The position numbers and the translations under genes were made by a program. From assembly GCF_006345805.1 (NCBI RefSeq), contig NC_043004.1, positions 20,894,001 to 20,958,000 on the forward strand: a DNA stretch of 64,000 bases, read 5' to 3'. The notes beneath the pieces were generated by a model. The model was not told where the DNA came from and made no database searches. It saw only the letters and a program-made list of their open reading frames with translations. The DNA comes from Octopus sinensis. Lineage: Eukaryota. Below, piece after piece: positions 25,700-37,768 of the stretch; positions within the stretch are counted from its first letter, which is position 1; every line of letters begins with the position of its first letter.

Positions 25700-26190
25700 T
25701 TAACTCTTAGGCCATTTGATTCTGGACCTTGCTTCCACACCTGAAATTTCTTCTCTAGTCATGGCAGTAATTCAACAATAAGAACAAGGTTTTCAGCTTA
25801 GAGGAGCTCCCAAGGGCAACCAGACTTAAATCTTTCTGTTATGGCCTTGGAGGGCTATGATAAACAATAGAGGGCTGATAACTGAACCTTGGTGAACTAC
25901 TTGTACACTAAATTCATTGCTTTATTCATTGCTGACTTTCATCTTACTGATAGCATCCCTATACATGACTTGTACAGCTATCACCAACCACTCATATATC
26001 CCCAGCCTTCACATTGACCATCAGGTAAGAGAGCAGGGGTCCCTGGTAAAGATTTTCTTCATGTCAACAAAATCTAAGTACAGAGTTTTTTTTTAGTTTT
26101 TGGTTAAATACTTCTCCTGCAGTTTCCTTACTAGGAAAGAAACCCTTCACAAGTAACCCTTGCAAGTTTCCTTCATTTTGGAGAATGTTT
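25700..26190 (-). mobile_element. RTE-LINE RT fragment
   Basis: EWLVIAVQVMYRDAISKMKVS...VHQGSVISPLLFII...GCPWELL*AENLVL (decayed YADD). Confidence 0.85.
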
Positions 26191-27429
26191 CTTTGATTTA
26201 TTTAATTTCTTTTTGTCCTTTGCTTTTGTTATTTCTCTTTTTACATATTTTTTTTTATATAATACCATCCCCGATTCTACCATACTACTCTTGATATTTT
26301 CAACCCTTTACAGCTAATAAGGAATCATCACCATCATTATGGTGCATATGCTTTATATGCACCTTTGACAAGTTGTGGTGCACCTGAGCACTATAATCAA
26401 TAATTTCATTATTATTATTATATTATCATCACTATTATTATCACTATCATAACCCTAATACCTTCTTAGATTTATTCCCATTGATGTCATCTTTCTGTTT
26501 CATTTTTGACCCCAGCACCAATGAAATAAATACCAGTCATATCTGTCCAACCCTTGCCAACATGGAAAGTAGACGTTAAAGGAGAATGATTATGATGCTA
26601 TGGCTGTTTCATTCAGTTCACTAATTCTTTTATGATCTTTATACAAGAGTCATAAATCAATTTTTTAACTTAACATAAAACACAACCTAAATTCAACCAA
26701 ATATAAATTAACCCTATTTTAAAAGCATATAATGTAATTATCAATATTGTGCAAGTATTCTTCAATAAAATATGACAACCATATTTTATCATGTGTCAAT
26801 CTCATTAGAAATGATCTGGGGTTTTTTTCCTCACATTAAATTATATTATTTGTAACTGTGCATATATAGTTTTTATGTTGATTACAAAAAAAAAAAAAGG
26901 AAAAGGACGAAAAAAGCTATGAACAAATCTTACTTTTGTTGGAAAATGGTCCTGCTGGGGCACCACCTTGAAGGGTTTAATTGAACAAATTGATTGCAGT
27001 ACATTTAATCTTCTTTTCCAAGTTTCACACTTATTTTATCAGTCTCTTTTTGCTGAACTGCTAGGTTATAAGGACGCAAACAAACCAACACTGACCGAGA
27101 GACAAACACAAAGAACATATATACATAGATAATATATACATATTAAGTTATGGGGTTCAGGCAAGGAATCTCTGTACCCAGCTCATTTATCAGGGTGCTC
27201 TACATGCCTGCCTTGGACCACTTTCAATCAATAGGAGTCGTACAGCCACAATGTGGTTGTCATTTGATATTTAAACACATGTTTGCTTGAGGAGATTGCA
27301 TGTCTTAAGAACCACTTCCCTGTCATGGAGATGTCCATCTGCAAAGTTTTTAAATACCACCTTTGATTCAGATCTTCCCAGGCATGAATGAGACAACGCA
27401 TTACCTTCTATCCCTTAAACTAGTTTACA

Positions 27430-27565
27430 ACAGGCTTCTTTCAGTTTCCATCTACAAAATCCACTCACAAATCTTTGGTTGACACTCAGTCCAGGTGCCA
27501 TGCAGCAAGACTCAACCAGCAACCATGTGATTTGGAAGCAAACGTTTTACTACACAACCATGCCT
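27430..27565 (-). mobile_element. SINE family 1 head fragment
   Basis: Homology to 2050-2213. Confidence 0.7.
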
Positions 27566-28139
27566 GTTTATATATCGACATTTAAAATCAATGTTTGATC
27601 AATTTTAGTAAAAGTTTGATACTTTATAGTAAATTTACTTATGTTTTAAATCATTTAGTTAACAACAATAACAAAGAACACAAGTATAGAGCAATTAGAT
27701 AACCCAGAATCACATTGTCAATTCAATGTTAAATGCTATTCTTATGGCATATTCTTGCCAAATAGAATATTTTGGTTTTGTTTTATTATTCTTGAGAGGT
27801 ACTTTGGCGTCATAATTTTTTTTATATGTTATTGTTTCCATTATACGTTGGTCATGAAAAAGGTGTAGTAATCACAATTTTATTACATCTACAGATGGTA
27901 GGCAAGAAGCATAACAAATATCACAATTACAACCACTGTGATCACTATCACCACCACCACCACTTATCCTCATCGTCGTCGTCGTCATCATCATCAGCAG
28001 CAGCAGCTGTGTTCTTAGTTTGTGACTGAACATACTAAAAACTTTGGAAATATATCAATATCAAAATGTTTTATTTTCCTTTAGCTGAAATAGCAAGCTT
28101 TGTAATTTCATGAAAAAAAAAATAACAGTTTCTAATTTA

Positions 28140-28300
28140 GGTATAAGGCCAATAGTTTTGTGGGCGGGGTGAGTTGATATCTTCAAAACCAATAATTGAT
28201 TAGTACTTATTTTATTGAACCCACCCCACCAAAGGGTTAAAAGGCAAAGTTGTCTTCGGTGAGGTTTGACCTCAGAACATAAAGAACTGGAGTAAATACA
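28140..28300 (-). mobile_element. Degenerate SINE family 2-like fragment
   Basis: gtacttattttattgaaccc...aaaggcaaagttgtcttcggtgaggtttgacctcagaacataaag. Confidence 0.5.
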
Positions 28301-29399
28301 AGGTGTTTACCCTGATGGTCTAATCATTCTGCCAGTTTACCACCCAGTTACAGGAATTTGTAGGGAGGGAAACAGTTGATACACTCCCAGCACATGACAG
28401 ATATTTTATTTATTGAACCCAATAAGATAAAAGCAAAACTGACTTTAGCAAGACTTGGACTATAACAGTAATTTCTAATGTAGGCCAGAAATTTAGGAAC
28501 ATAAATATTTTGGTTTGTAAAACATTTTATTTTTTGTTATCAAGCCCAAATCCTGGCTATTGAGGGCAGACTTTCCTTGTATGATTACAGTCCTTTTATA
28601 TAAGTACTCCAAAGAAAATTCCATTTGAATTAATTGTACTACACAGAAAGGTGATAATGACATCTTCATAAAAGGAGAGTCTAATATGATGATAATGATG
28701 ATAATTTCTTTTATTTACCAGTAGGGTGAAGGATGAGGGGGACAATACAAAGACAGACATAAAGTTTTGGGGTTTATATATAATGGAATGACAAAATAAA
28801 AAGTATACACGGTATACATTAGAAGAAGGGAAGTATACATAGTACATGACACAAGAGAAAGAGAAGAAAAAAGTGATAGTGACAGGGTCCCCTGATACAG
28901 GAGGACCTCTAGGGATAATCAAGGAAACCCGCCATCCAAGATCACCCTGGATACCAAGGAAGAGAGCCCTCTCCAACTTCTTTCTTCTGACTCACAGATC
29001 TACATTGTTGCATCCAAAATAGCTACTACATATAGATATGCCACACAAAAAGACACTACAGAGTTTAAAGAGAAAATCAACAAGATCAAAAACATGCAAT
29101 TTAATGTATAAGAGGAAGAGGAAAATAAACATTACAGAGAAGGGTCAATGGAAGGAAATATCTCAAGCCAAATAAGTAATTTAGAAGACAACAGCAGTAA
29201 CAATAGCAACAACAACTACCACAACAACAGTAGCAACCCTTACATGATTTCAGATGCTGTGATCCATTCATGTAGTAGATATGTGGAAACAAACCTTTTC
29301 TCCATACTATATGGACAGTATTTTTTGGGCCTATCACTGTTACGAAAAAGATGTAGATGGGAGAATTTTGCAAAATTTAACAGTATTGTTTTGCTATAG

Positions 29400-30330
29400 A
29401 AGTTAATCCAGGAAAGGAAAAAGAAAAATGATTTATTTCTACTTATATAAAAAAAAAAGAACATTAGATCTTCACTCATATCAATGTCAACAAGCTCTCC
29501 AGGACATATTTGGAGAAATTATCTCAACAGAAAAAGGCACTATTTGCTGTACCTTCAAAACAGAAAACACCATCACAGCAGAAGCTGAGATTGTCAGATT
29601 GTACTTCTGGCTATACGTTTTTGCCTCAGTGGGTCAAAGAAATATAAGAGTGACAACAAAACACTCTAGATATAGTGTAGACCCATGGTTAGTAGTCACT
29701 TTTGTATCACACTATGGGAAAGTCATCAAAGCAGCCTTAATATGTTACCTGTGACCTAGGGATCCAGGATCATCAAACTTGATTTGCATTTCTTACTGAT
29801 CCCTCAAGTGACAGAGATACACCTGATTTGTGTTCAGAAGAAGGCACTATGATTTTAGAGCTGAGTTCCCTTAAGAGCTGGGAAGATTAAGCAAAAACAA
29901 GAAAAGCACAAGCTAAAAAACAACAAATATCATTTCCCTCAGCACTACCAGTCAAAACTGTGGTGATAGGGAAGGAAATATCTTTAGGTTCAGGATGTGA
30001 AATAGATGAGAAAATACCCTCTGCCCCAATAATACCAACCTGTAGTATAACATCTTCATTCTGAGAAGAGAGAAAAAAGAATTACAGATGAAAATATGAA
30101 AGAAATAGAAAAACTCATACAAATACATTCGATGCAAAACAACGAAAATAGATGTAGAAGTTCTTTTAAGTGTCGACGAAATTCCTCCCCAAGAAAATAA
30201 AGAAGAAATGGCAGAGGATGAAAATGTAGATAATAAACAGGGTTTGACAAAAATGCTTAGTGATACATTTGGTTGCAATTGCATTGAAAAAGGATTATGT
30301 GAACAGGGTCATGGAGTACCCAAATCAAAC
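29400..30330 (+). mobile_element. Possible L1/Tx1-type ORF1 remnant
   Basis: Purine-rich decayed ORF with RNIRVTTKHSRYSVDPWLVVTFVSHYGKVIK, loosely like RRM-type ORF1 proteins. Weak. Confidence 0.25.
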
Positions 30331-30414
30331 GAATAGTAATCTTTCCTGTCTTCTTTCCTTAACATGTTCGCCAGCCTCATCTAGCACCTGTGTCGGTGGC
30401 ACATAAAAACACCA

Positions 30415-31185
30415 TCCGAAGACCCGGCAAGACTAGTCAGGCCATAACCCATGGCCTCTACCTGGGATGTAGTCAGTCCACCTGTGCATACCTTCCTTCT
30501 TGTGACACTTGTGAAGACCTGTTGAGGCAAGTGAAAATCAAAATCAAATCAAATCAAAACAAATCAAAATAGATGAACATCAATGGAATTTGTATCTTTG
30601 TGGTACCAGTGCCGGTGGCACGTGGCACATAAGAAAACCATCCGAACGTGGCCGTAGCCAGTACCGCATCGACTGGCCTCCGTGCTGTGGGCACGTAACA
30701 AGCACCATCCGATCGTGGCCGTTTGCCAGCCTCATCTGGCACCTGTGTCGGTGGCACATAAAAACACCATCCGAGCGTGGCCGTCTGCCAGCCTCGTCTG
30801 GCACCTGTGTCGGTGGCACATAAAAACACCATCCGAGCGTGGCCGTCTGCCAGCCTCGTCTGGCACTGTGTCGGTGGCACATAAAAACACCATCCGAGCG
30901 TGGCCGTCTGCCAGCCTCGTCTGGCACCTGTGTCGGTGGCACATAAAAACACCATCCGAGCGTGGCCGTTTGCCAGCCTCGTCTGGCACCTGTGTCGGTG
31001 GCACATAGAATCACCCACTACACTCTCGGAGTGGTGGCGTTAGGAAGGGCATCCAGCTGTGGAAACACTGCCAGATCTGACTGGACTGGTACAGCTTTCG
31101 GGCTCCCCAGACCCCAGTTGAACCGTCGAACCCATGCTAGCATGGAAAGCGGACGTTAAATGATGATGATGATGATGATGATGAT
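30415..31185 (+). mobile_element. RTE-LINE 3' UTR with internal 62-bp minisatellite
   Basis: Starts at aagacccggcaag (KTRQ, ORF end). Units start at 30705, 30767, 30829, 30890 and 30952. Ends catggaaagcggacgttaaa(tga)n. Confidence 0.85.
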
Positions 31186-31266
31186 GTAACTTGTTTTAAC
31201 AACTGAGTGTTTTATTGTTTCCATGTAAATATGTGTGCATGCATACATGTGTGTGTGTATACATAC

Positions 31267-31330
<64 letters not shown>

Positions 31331-31828
31331 GACTGTCCTTTACCAATCAAATCCCATTCAAAACATATACTAATTTTTGCCATGAACTCCCTATAAAAAT
31401 AGGGCAAGCTTCACACGCTAGTCAGAAGCAAGACAGCTACAATATAAGCCACATCTTTCTCTTTCAAAATTTTGAAAATCAGTGTAAACTGTGAAATCGG
31501 TTAAAGCTTTAAATATTTTAAACTATTCTCAGTGCATCTACAACCTCTATTTTTCCTATATTTTTACCTGTGGGGAATAAAATAACTTTTTTTATATATA
31601 TATACACCAGAGTATCTTCATAAATGTGAAACAAGGTAGAGAAAATGGTATTTGAATACCAGAGGTAGAGTAATATGCTTTATTAAAATGCAGCGAAAAT
31701 ATCACAAAAACTGTTACTCAGAGTTCGTTGGACAGTTTTGTTTAGATTCCAAACAAAACTGTCCGATGAACAGGCACGTGAAACTCTGAGTAACAGTTTT
31801 TGTGATGTTTTTGCTGCTTTTTTAGAAA

Positions 31829-31866
<38 letters not shown>

Positions 31867-32379
31867 TACATATATATATATGACTGTCCTTTACCAATCA
31901 AATCCCATTCAAAACATATACTAATTTTTGCCATGAACTCCCTATAAAAATAGGGCAAGCTTCACACGCTAGTCAGAAGCAAGACAGCTACAATATAAGC
32001 CACATCTTTCTCTTTCAAAATTTTGAAAATCAGTGTAAACTGTGAAATCGGTTAAAGCTTTAAATATTTTAAACTATTCTCAGTGCATCTACAACCTCTA
32101 TTTTTCCTATATTTTTACCTGTGGGGAATAAAATAACTTTTTTTATATATATATACACCAGAGTATCTTCATAAATGTGAAACAAGGTAGAGAAAATGGT
32201 ATTTGAATACCAGAGGTAGAGTAATATGCTTTATTAAAATGCAGCGAAAATATCACAAAAACTGTTACTCAGAGTTCGTTGGACAGTTTTGTTTAGATTC
32301 CAAACAAAACTGTCCGATGAACAGGCACGTGAAACTCTGAGTAACAGTTTTTGTGATGTTTTTGCTGCTTTTTTAGAAA

Positions 32380-32381
<2 letters not shown>
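31331..32381. repeat. Apparently exact tandem duplication, period 551 bp
   Basis: 31331-31830 equals 31882-32381 as far as can be read; units are separated and flanked by (AT)n. Confidence 0.92.
31755..31800 (+). ncRNA. Hammerhead ribozyme-like motif (family C) in the right arm of a ~135-bp foldback; second copy at 32306-32351
   Basis: AAAACUGU-CCGAUGA-AC(AGGCAC)GU-GAAAC-UCUGA-GUA-ACAGUUUU: 8-bp helix I, U4C core variant, weak helix II. Confidence 0.45.
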
Positions 32382-32426
<45 letters not shown>

Positions 32427-32429
<3 letters not shown>

Positions 32430-32830
32430 GCACAACAGTGGCTGTGTGGTAAGTAGCTTGCTTACCAACCACATAGTTCCGAGTTCATTCCCACTGTGTG
32501 GCACCTTGGGCAAGTGTCATCTACTATAGCTTCGGGCTGACCAAAGCCTTGTGAGTGGATTTGGTAGACAGAAACTGAAAGAAACCCGTCGTATATATGT
32601 ATATATATATATATGTATGTGTGTGTATATGTTTGTCCCCACAACATCGCTTGACAACCGATGCTGGTGTGTTTACCTCCCCATAACTTAGCAGTTTGGC
32701 AAAAGAGACCGATCGAATAAGTACTAGGCTTCCAAAGAATAAGTCATGGGGTCGATTTGCTCGAATAAAGGTGGTGCTCCAGCATGGCCGCAGTCAAATG
32801 ACTGAAACAAGTAAAAGAGAAATAAAAGAG
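32427..32830 (+). mobile_element. SINE family 1, full length
   Basis: caggcacaacagtggctgtgtggtaagtagc head through gaaacaagtaaaagag tail. Confidence 0.88.
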
Positions 32831-33009
32831 AATGCACGTGTATGAATGTATAGGTGTATATGTTGATGTAACTATCTATCTATGTGTGGGGCTGAGGTTG
32901 GGTGGGGGAATTGAGGTTGAGGGTTGGAGAAGCAAACAGGAAAAATAGAACTCAAAACATGACTGTATATATATATATGTTTGTATTGTTAATATTTATC
33001 AGAAGCAAC

Positions 33010-33648
33010 AGTTGAACAAATTGATCCCAGGACTTATTCTTTGTAAGCCTAGTACTTATTCTATCAGTCTCTTTTGCCAAACCACTAAGTTACAGGGGCG
33101 TAAGCACACCAGCATCAGCTGTCAAACAATGGTGGGGGAACAAACACAGACACAAACATACACACATGTACACATGTACACATGCACACACACACACACA
33201 CACATGTGTGTGGTGTATGCGAGAGATTTGAAATAAGGACACCTACCTTCTCTTTGCTCGACGGAGACCTCTCAGTGGTAATGCACCCTTCCTGAACACT
33301 AGAAATAGCAGCTGCTTTTCCCCTACCTTAACAACAAGCTCACACATCTACCTCGCTCAGCTACCTCGATCAAAAAGGCCCAATGCTGCTGTGCCTGCAC
33401 GTGCATCACTCCTGCCCCTTCCTCTTCCGGTCAGCTCCCCAGCTGCTGACATCATCCCACAACACACACACACACTCATATATGAAGGGCTTCCTTCAGT
33501 TTCTGTCTATCAAATCCACTTATAAGGATTTGGTCAGCCCAAAGCTATAGAAGAAAACACTTGATCAAGGTGCCACATAGTGGGACTGAACCTAGGAACA
33601 TGTGGTTGGTAAGCAAGCTACTTACCACATAGTCCTGCCTGCACCTAT
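33010..33648 (-). mobile_element. SINE family 1 with insertion in its (CA)n tract
   Basis: Homology to 1811-2213 on both sides of 33209-33461. Confidence 0.8.
33209..33461. mobile_element. Putative solo LTR (~250 bp)
   Basis: GC-richer insert with TGTGG...CCACA inverted ends inside a SINE. TSD is obscured by the (CA)n. Confidence 0.45.
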
Positions 33649-34119
33649 ACATTTAAATTCTAAATATGTTCTATACATCTCTTACTTATGCTTTTAGTAA
33701 AAATGTTTTATTTCACACTCTACATTATCCACATAAACTTGTTTTTCCATTGTAACTCAGAGAAAAATTCCTATTATTTTGTATCTGTTTGATCCCATAT
33801 GAGAAAGATCATCATTATCATCACCAACATTATTAATATTAATATTACTGTTCTTTTATAGTGACTACTATCCCCATCATCATTATTACATCAACTATTA
33901 TCATTATTATTTCTCTTTGTCACAAACTTTGTTGGAGCTCCTGAGAAATAATAATAATAATAGTTGATGTAAGGTGACAAACTGGCAGAATCGTTAGCAT
34001 ACCAGACAAAATTCTGAGTTCAAATTCTATGAGATCGACTTTGTTTTTCATCCACAAAATTTCAGGTCTTATGCCTATAATAGAAGGATTATTATTATTA
34101 ATATTATTATTATTATTAT

Positions 34120-34573
34120 TATCAATCGAAATTGAACCAATCCTATGACTGGCACTCGGCAGATGCCAGGACCCCTGGACTGGAGATACGTAAAAAGCAC
34201 TATCCGAATCATGGCCGATGCCAGCGCCACCTCGACTGGCTTCCGTGTCGGTGGCACGTAAAAAGCACCATCCGAATCGTGGCCGAAGCCAGTGCCGCCT
34301 CGACTAGCTTCCGTGCAGGTAGCACGTAAAATGCACCAATCCGACCGTGGCCGATGCCAGCCTCGCCTAGCACCAGTGCAGGTGGCACGTAAAAAGCACC
34401 ACTACACTCACGGAGTGGTTGGCGTTAGGAAGGGCATCCAGCTGTAGAAACATTGCCAGATAAGACCGGAGCCTGGTGCAGCCTTCTGGCTTCCCAGATC
34501 CCCGGTCGAACCGTCCAACCCATGCTAGCATGGAGAAGGGACGTTAAACGATGATGATGATGATGATGATGAT
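34120..34573 (+). mobile_element. RTE-LINE 3' UTR with diverged internal tandem units
   Basis: Repeated ggtggcacgtaaaaagcacc cores, standard 3' end and (GAT)n tail. Confidence 0.85.
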
Positions 34574-34752
34574 GGTTGGTGTGATCACAGCACACACAAG
34601 ATACTCAATCATTTTCATCTCTTTCTCTATTGTATTCTCAACAACTGTCTTTGAGAAGGACAACATTTTCCCAGTAGGAGTTCCTGACCCAACATAATAT
34701 ATCACTCTTAGATAACTTGATGAGAAACTTTCTACTTATCTGGCTTGGTTAC

Positions 34753-34840
34753 ATTCATTGCATGAATGATAGAAGATAACCTAAAATAAATTCTATAAGA
34801 AGAAATCAGTTCTAGAAAAAGATCCATTGGTTCATCATAT
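34753..34840 (-). CDS. Candidate internal exon of an unidentified host gene (88 nt)
   Basis: Strong acceptor catttatttctttcAG; single open frame YDEPMDLFLELISSYRIYFRLSSIIHAMN; donor GTAACC is only moderate. Confidence 0.35.
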
Positions 34841-35677
34841 CTGAAAGAAATAAATGTAATATTTGTAAAAGAAATATATATATATATATAAAAAAAAAGG
34901 AGGAGGAAGAAGAAGGAATGCAAATATAAAAGAAATGAAAATTGATGTAGAAAATTCTGACATCATTGTGTTGGATACATAACCCTATGAAGTGAAAATG
35001 TTACAAATGGTTTTACGCTTGCCAAAATCAAATATAGGAAACATTCTAAAAGTAGAAACAGTCAGTTTTCATTTTAATTCATTTTACCTTCAAAATAACA
35101 TTGGATCTGCTTATGTAAAGTTGATTTCCTTGAGTAACCAAACATCACACAAGTTCTGTCATATCGCCAATCATGTTTTATACCATCAAAATCTTTTACC
35201 TGACTGTTTTATTATTCATGTTCACCAGTAGCAGCCTTTAGTGTGGTCACAAGACCTTATAGCAATAGTAGTCAAATTTCCCTCAAATATCCTCCAGCTC
35301 TTTATAAATAAGGCACGGACATTTTTAATAATATAATGCTAGGTACTTAAGTAAAGACGTCTTGATCTTGACTAGAATGGCTTTGATTATCGGTTTGCTT
35401 GGTCCTTGTTGACTTAGAGCTAAACAACAGCAAACTGTAATGATTTCACGGTAGGTGATGGAGTGGTAAATGTAGTTATGTATCAAATTGAATAGATTCG
35501 TGTTTCAGTTTCGAGAGGATATGACATCATTTTCCATTTTTCCAGGTCTGATTGCGAACACTCCATGGTTACACAAGACGATATTCTACACACTATCATT
35601 TAAATACGTTCAAGTAACCCACGATTTAACAGTACAGTCTCTACATGGTTTCTTGGGTTGTTAGAAATACTAGATAT

Positions 35678-35865
35678 ATGAGGGCATGCTGAAAAGTTCT
35701 TGGTTTTGGGTAAAAGAAAACAGAGGAGGATCACTTAGTTATGAGTTTATTCAATATATTTCCCTGTCAGATTCACACACTTATTGCAGTGGCTCTTTAG
35801 TTTTTCTAAGCCTTGTAAGAGAACTCAGAAGGTCGGGTCTCCAACCAGGCCTTTTGCAAAATCCT
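35678..35865. mobile_element. Mariner-type terminal fragment
   Basis: tatgagggcatgctgaaaagttc resembles a TA+CGAGGG mariner TIR. Confidence 0.45.
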
Positions 35866-35892
35866 TAATATATATACATATATATATATTTG

Positions 35893-36170
35893 AGGAACCA
35901 AAATGAGAGGATGTGGCCATATTGTTCAAATGACAGATGAATGCATACTGAAACAGCTGTTTTATAGTGAGTTTGCAGGGGGAAGTGCTAAAAAAAGGTT
36001 TAAGGCGAGCATAAGGACTACTATGAAGTCACTTGGAATGGTTCCAGAAGACATAGAAACCCTTACTTCAGATCGGGCTGGATGGCGAAAAAAAGTGTGG
36101 AGTGAGAGCGTTTGAAGAGACCAGGATAACACATGTAAGACTCAAAAGAGATCTAAGGAAGAATGTTATG
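35893..36170 (+). mobile_element. RTE/BovB-like LINE ORF 3' fragment (second family)
   Basis: CGHIVQMTDECILKQLFYSEF...KKRFKASIRTTMKSLGM..EDIETLTSDRAGWRKKVW. Confidence 0.75.
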
Positions 36171-36239
36171 ATCGAGAAGGTGAATCACAATGATTTTTTT
36201 ATGCGCATATATACATACATACATAAGTATATACAAAAT

Positions 36240-36734
36240 ATAGGGGTTTAGTTCTCAGGTGATCTAAACAACTAAGTATGCTAGGTAAGAGCTGTAACGG
36301 ATTACTAGGGCTCCAAAGTTATAGCCGAGACACTAGTTATGGAGCCATTGCAGATTTCCAATGTAGTGGATATATAATTGTAAAAGAGAACAACAAACTT
36401 TAAGACACGGCAGACATCTTAAGTCATATACATTATTATTATTGGAAAAAAGATTTCAAAGTCTTACAGCTGTTTCTGGGATATCGCAGAGTATGGGACA
36501 TTCCATCATCAGAGACCAATAGGGAAAATAAGAAGGGCATAGATTAATGAAATTATGACATACAGGACAAGAATTTTTCCTTTTTCTTCTCTTTATTCAT
36601 CTCCTTATTCCTTTATTCCTGTCCTCTATGTCGTTATTTCATTAATCTATACCCTCCTCATTTTCTCTATTTGTCTCCAATGATGGAATATCCCATACCC
36701 TGTGATATCCCAGAAACAGCTGTAAGACTTTGAA
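36240..36734 (-). mobile_element. Penelope-like terminal repeat with inverted (foldback) duplication
   Basis: Arms ~36455-36565 and ~36620-36734 are reverse complements around a pyrimidine-rich spacer. 36240-36455 is homologous to 16030-16255. Confidence 0.7.
36460..36517 (-). ncRNA. Minimal type-I hammerhead ribozyme-like motif (family B/D); best-preserved copy
   Basis: GGUCU-CUGAUGA-UGGAAUGUC(11 nt)GAUAUCCCA-GAAAC-AGCU-GUA-AGACU: all core residues present, palindromic ACAGCUGU helix III, GUA triplet. Confidence 0.7.
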
Positions 36735-36887
36735 TGGCAACTAAGTTCCCACCGCTTTTTTGGAATTTATTGTGTTTTTAAATTTTGGAACAATTTTTTT
36801 CGAGAATTCTATTTTTGAATCATTTTGGAATCTATTTTTTTTCTCTGGTTAATTTTAGTTAATTTTTGTTTATTTTCAAATCATTAA

Positions 36888-37264
36888 AATGGAATGTCAA
36901 GTTGAGAAAAACGAGCATTTTTGATACCTCCTTGTTTTTGCTTCTAATCAAGGTTCTAAGGCCGCAAAAGCTGCTCACAACATTTGTGCTGTGTATGGAG
37001 AGGGTGCCATAGCTGAAAGAACTGCATGTGATTGGTATGCCAAGTTCAAAAATGGAAATTTTGACCTCAAAGTCGCACATTGTTCTGGCTGTCCAGTTGA
37101 GTTTGATGAAGAGCGATTAAACCAACTTTTGAACAAAAATTCTCATCAAATTAGAAGTGAACTGGCAGAGAAAATGGAATGCTCCCAATCTGTGTCAAGC
37201 AGCTTCACTCTGCTTGCTTTAGTTTCATTACTATGGCAACAGTCCGGATACTTATTGATCAGAC
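36888..37264 (+). mobile_element. Mariner 5' ORF fragment joined to a mariner-type terminal segment
   Basis: MECQVEKNEHF*YLLVFASNQGSKAAKAAHNICAVYGEGAIAERTACDWYAKFKNG; ends ccggatacttattgatcagaccttgTA. Confidence 0.8.
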
Positions 37265-37768
37265 CTTGTATATATATATATGTATGTATATATGTGTATG
37301 TGTGTGCGTGTGTGTGTGTGAAGATAACCAAATGAAAACCCAGTGCTACAATGCAGAGTCTATATTAAATGATGTATAGCTCTTCTGTTCAAAATTAATG
37401 TCAATATGAATTTACAGTCATTATCCAAGTCACCATTTGAAGGGTGAAACTACTAGTAATAATAAAACGTTATGGCAATCAAGCTATTAGATAATATATA
37501 TGTATGTGGTGAGTAAAATTTCTTTGTGTTTCCATGTAAAAACATCAAGTGCTCACTACACAGCAGCGTGTAGTGAGTGTTATAATTCTGTGTTAATAAA
37601 CCAAAATATTTCCTCACACCCAAAGGCTTTACACAATGGATGCTAAGGGTATTCATACTGGAATTGTTACTGCTACTGACACTTTCTCCATTCTACCACT
37701 ACTACAACACAATTGTTGCTAGTAATACAAATACTACTTTTTCCATCTGTTGCCAGTCATATAACTAA

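Noticed and set aside
30554-31159. Overlapping GC-rich ORFs of 77-154 aa
   Set aside because: Periodic translations of the 62-bp minisatellite.
30640-34400. CRISPR-like repeat-spacer appearance of ggtggcac(g/a)taaaaa(g)cacc arrays
   Set aside because: The intervening sequences are homologous to each other, there are no cas genes, and the context is a eukaryotic LINE UTR; this is a minisatellite.
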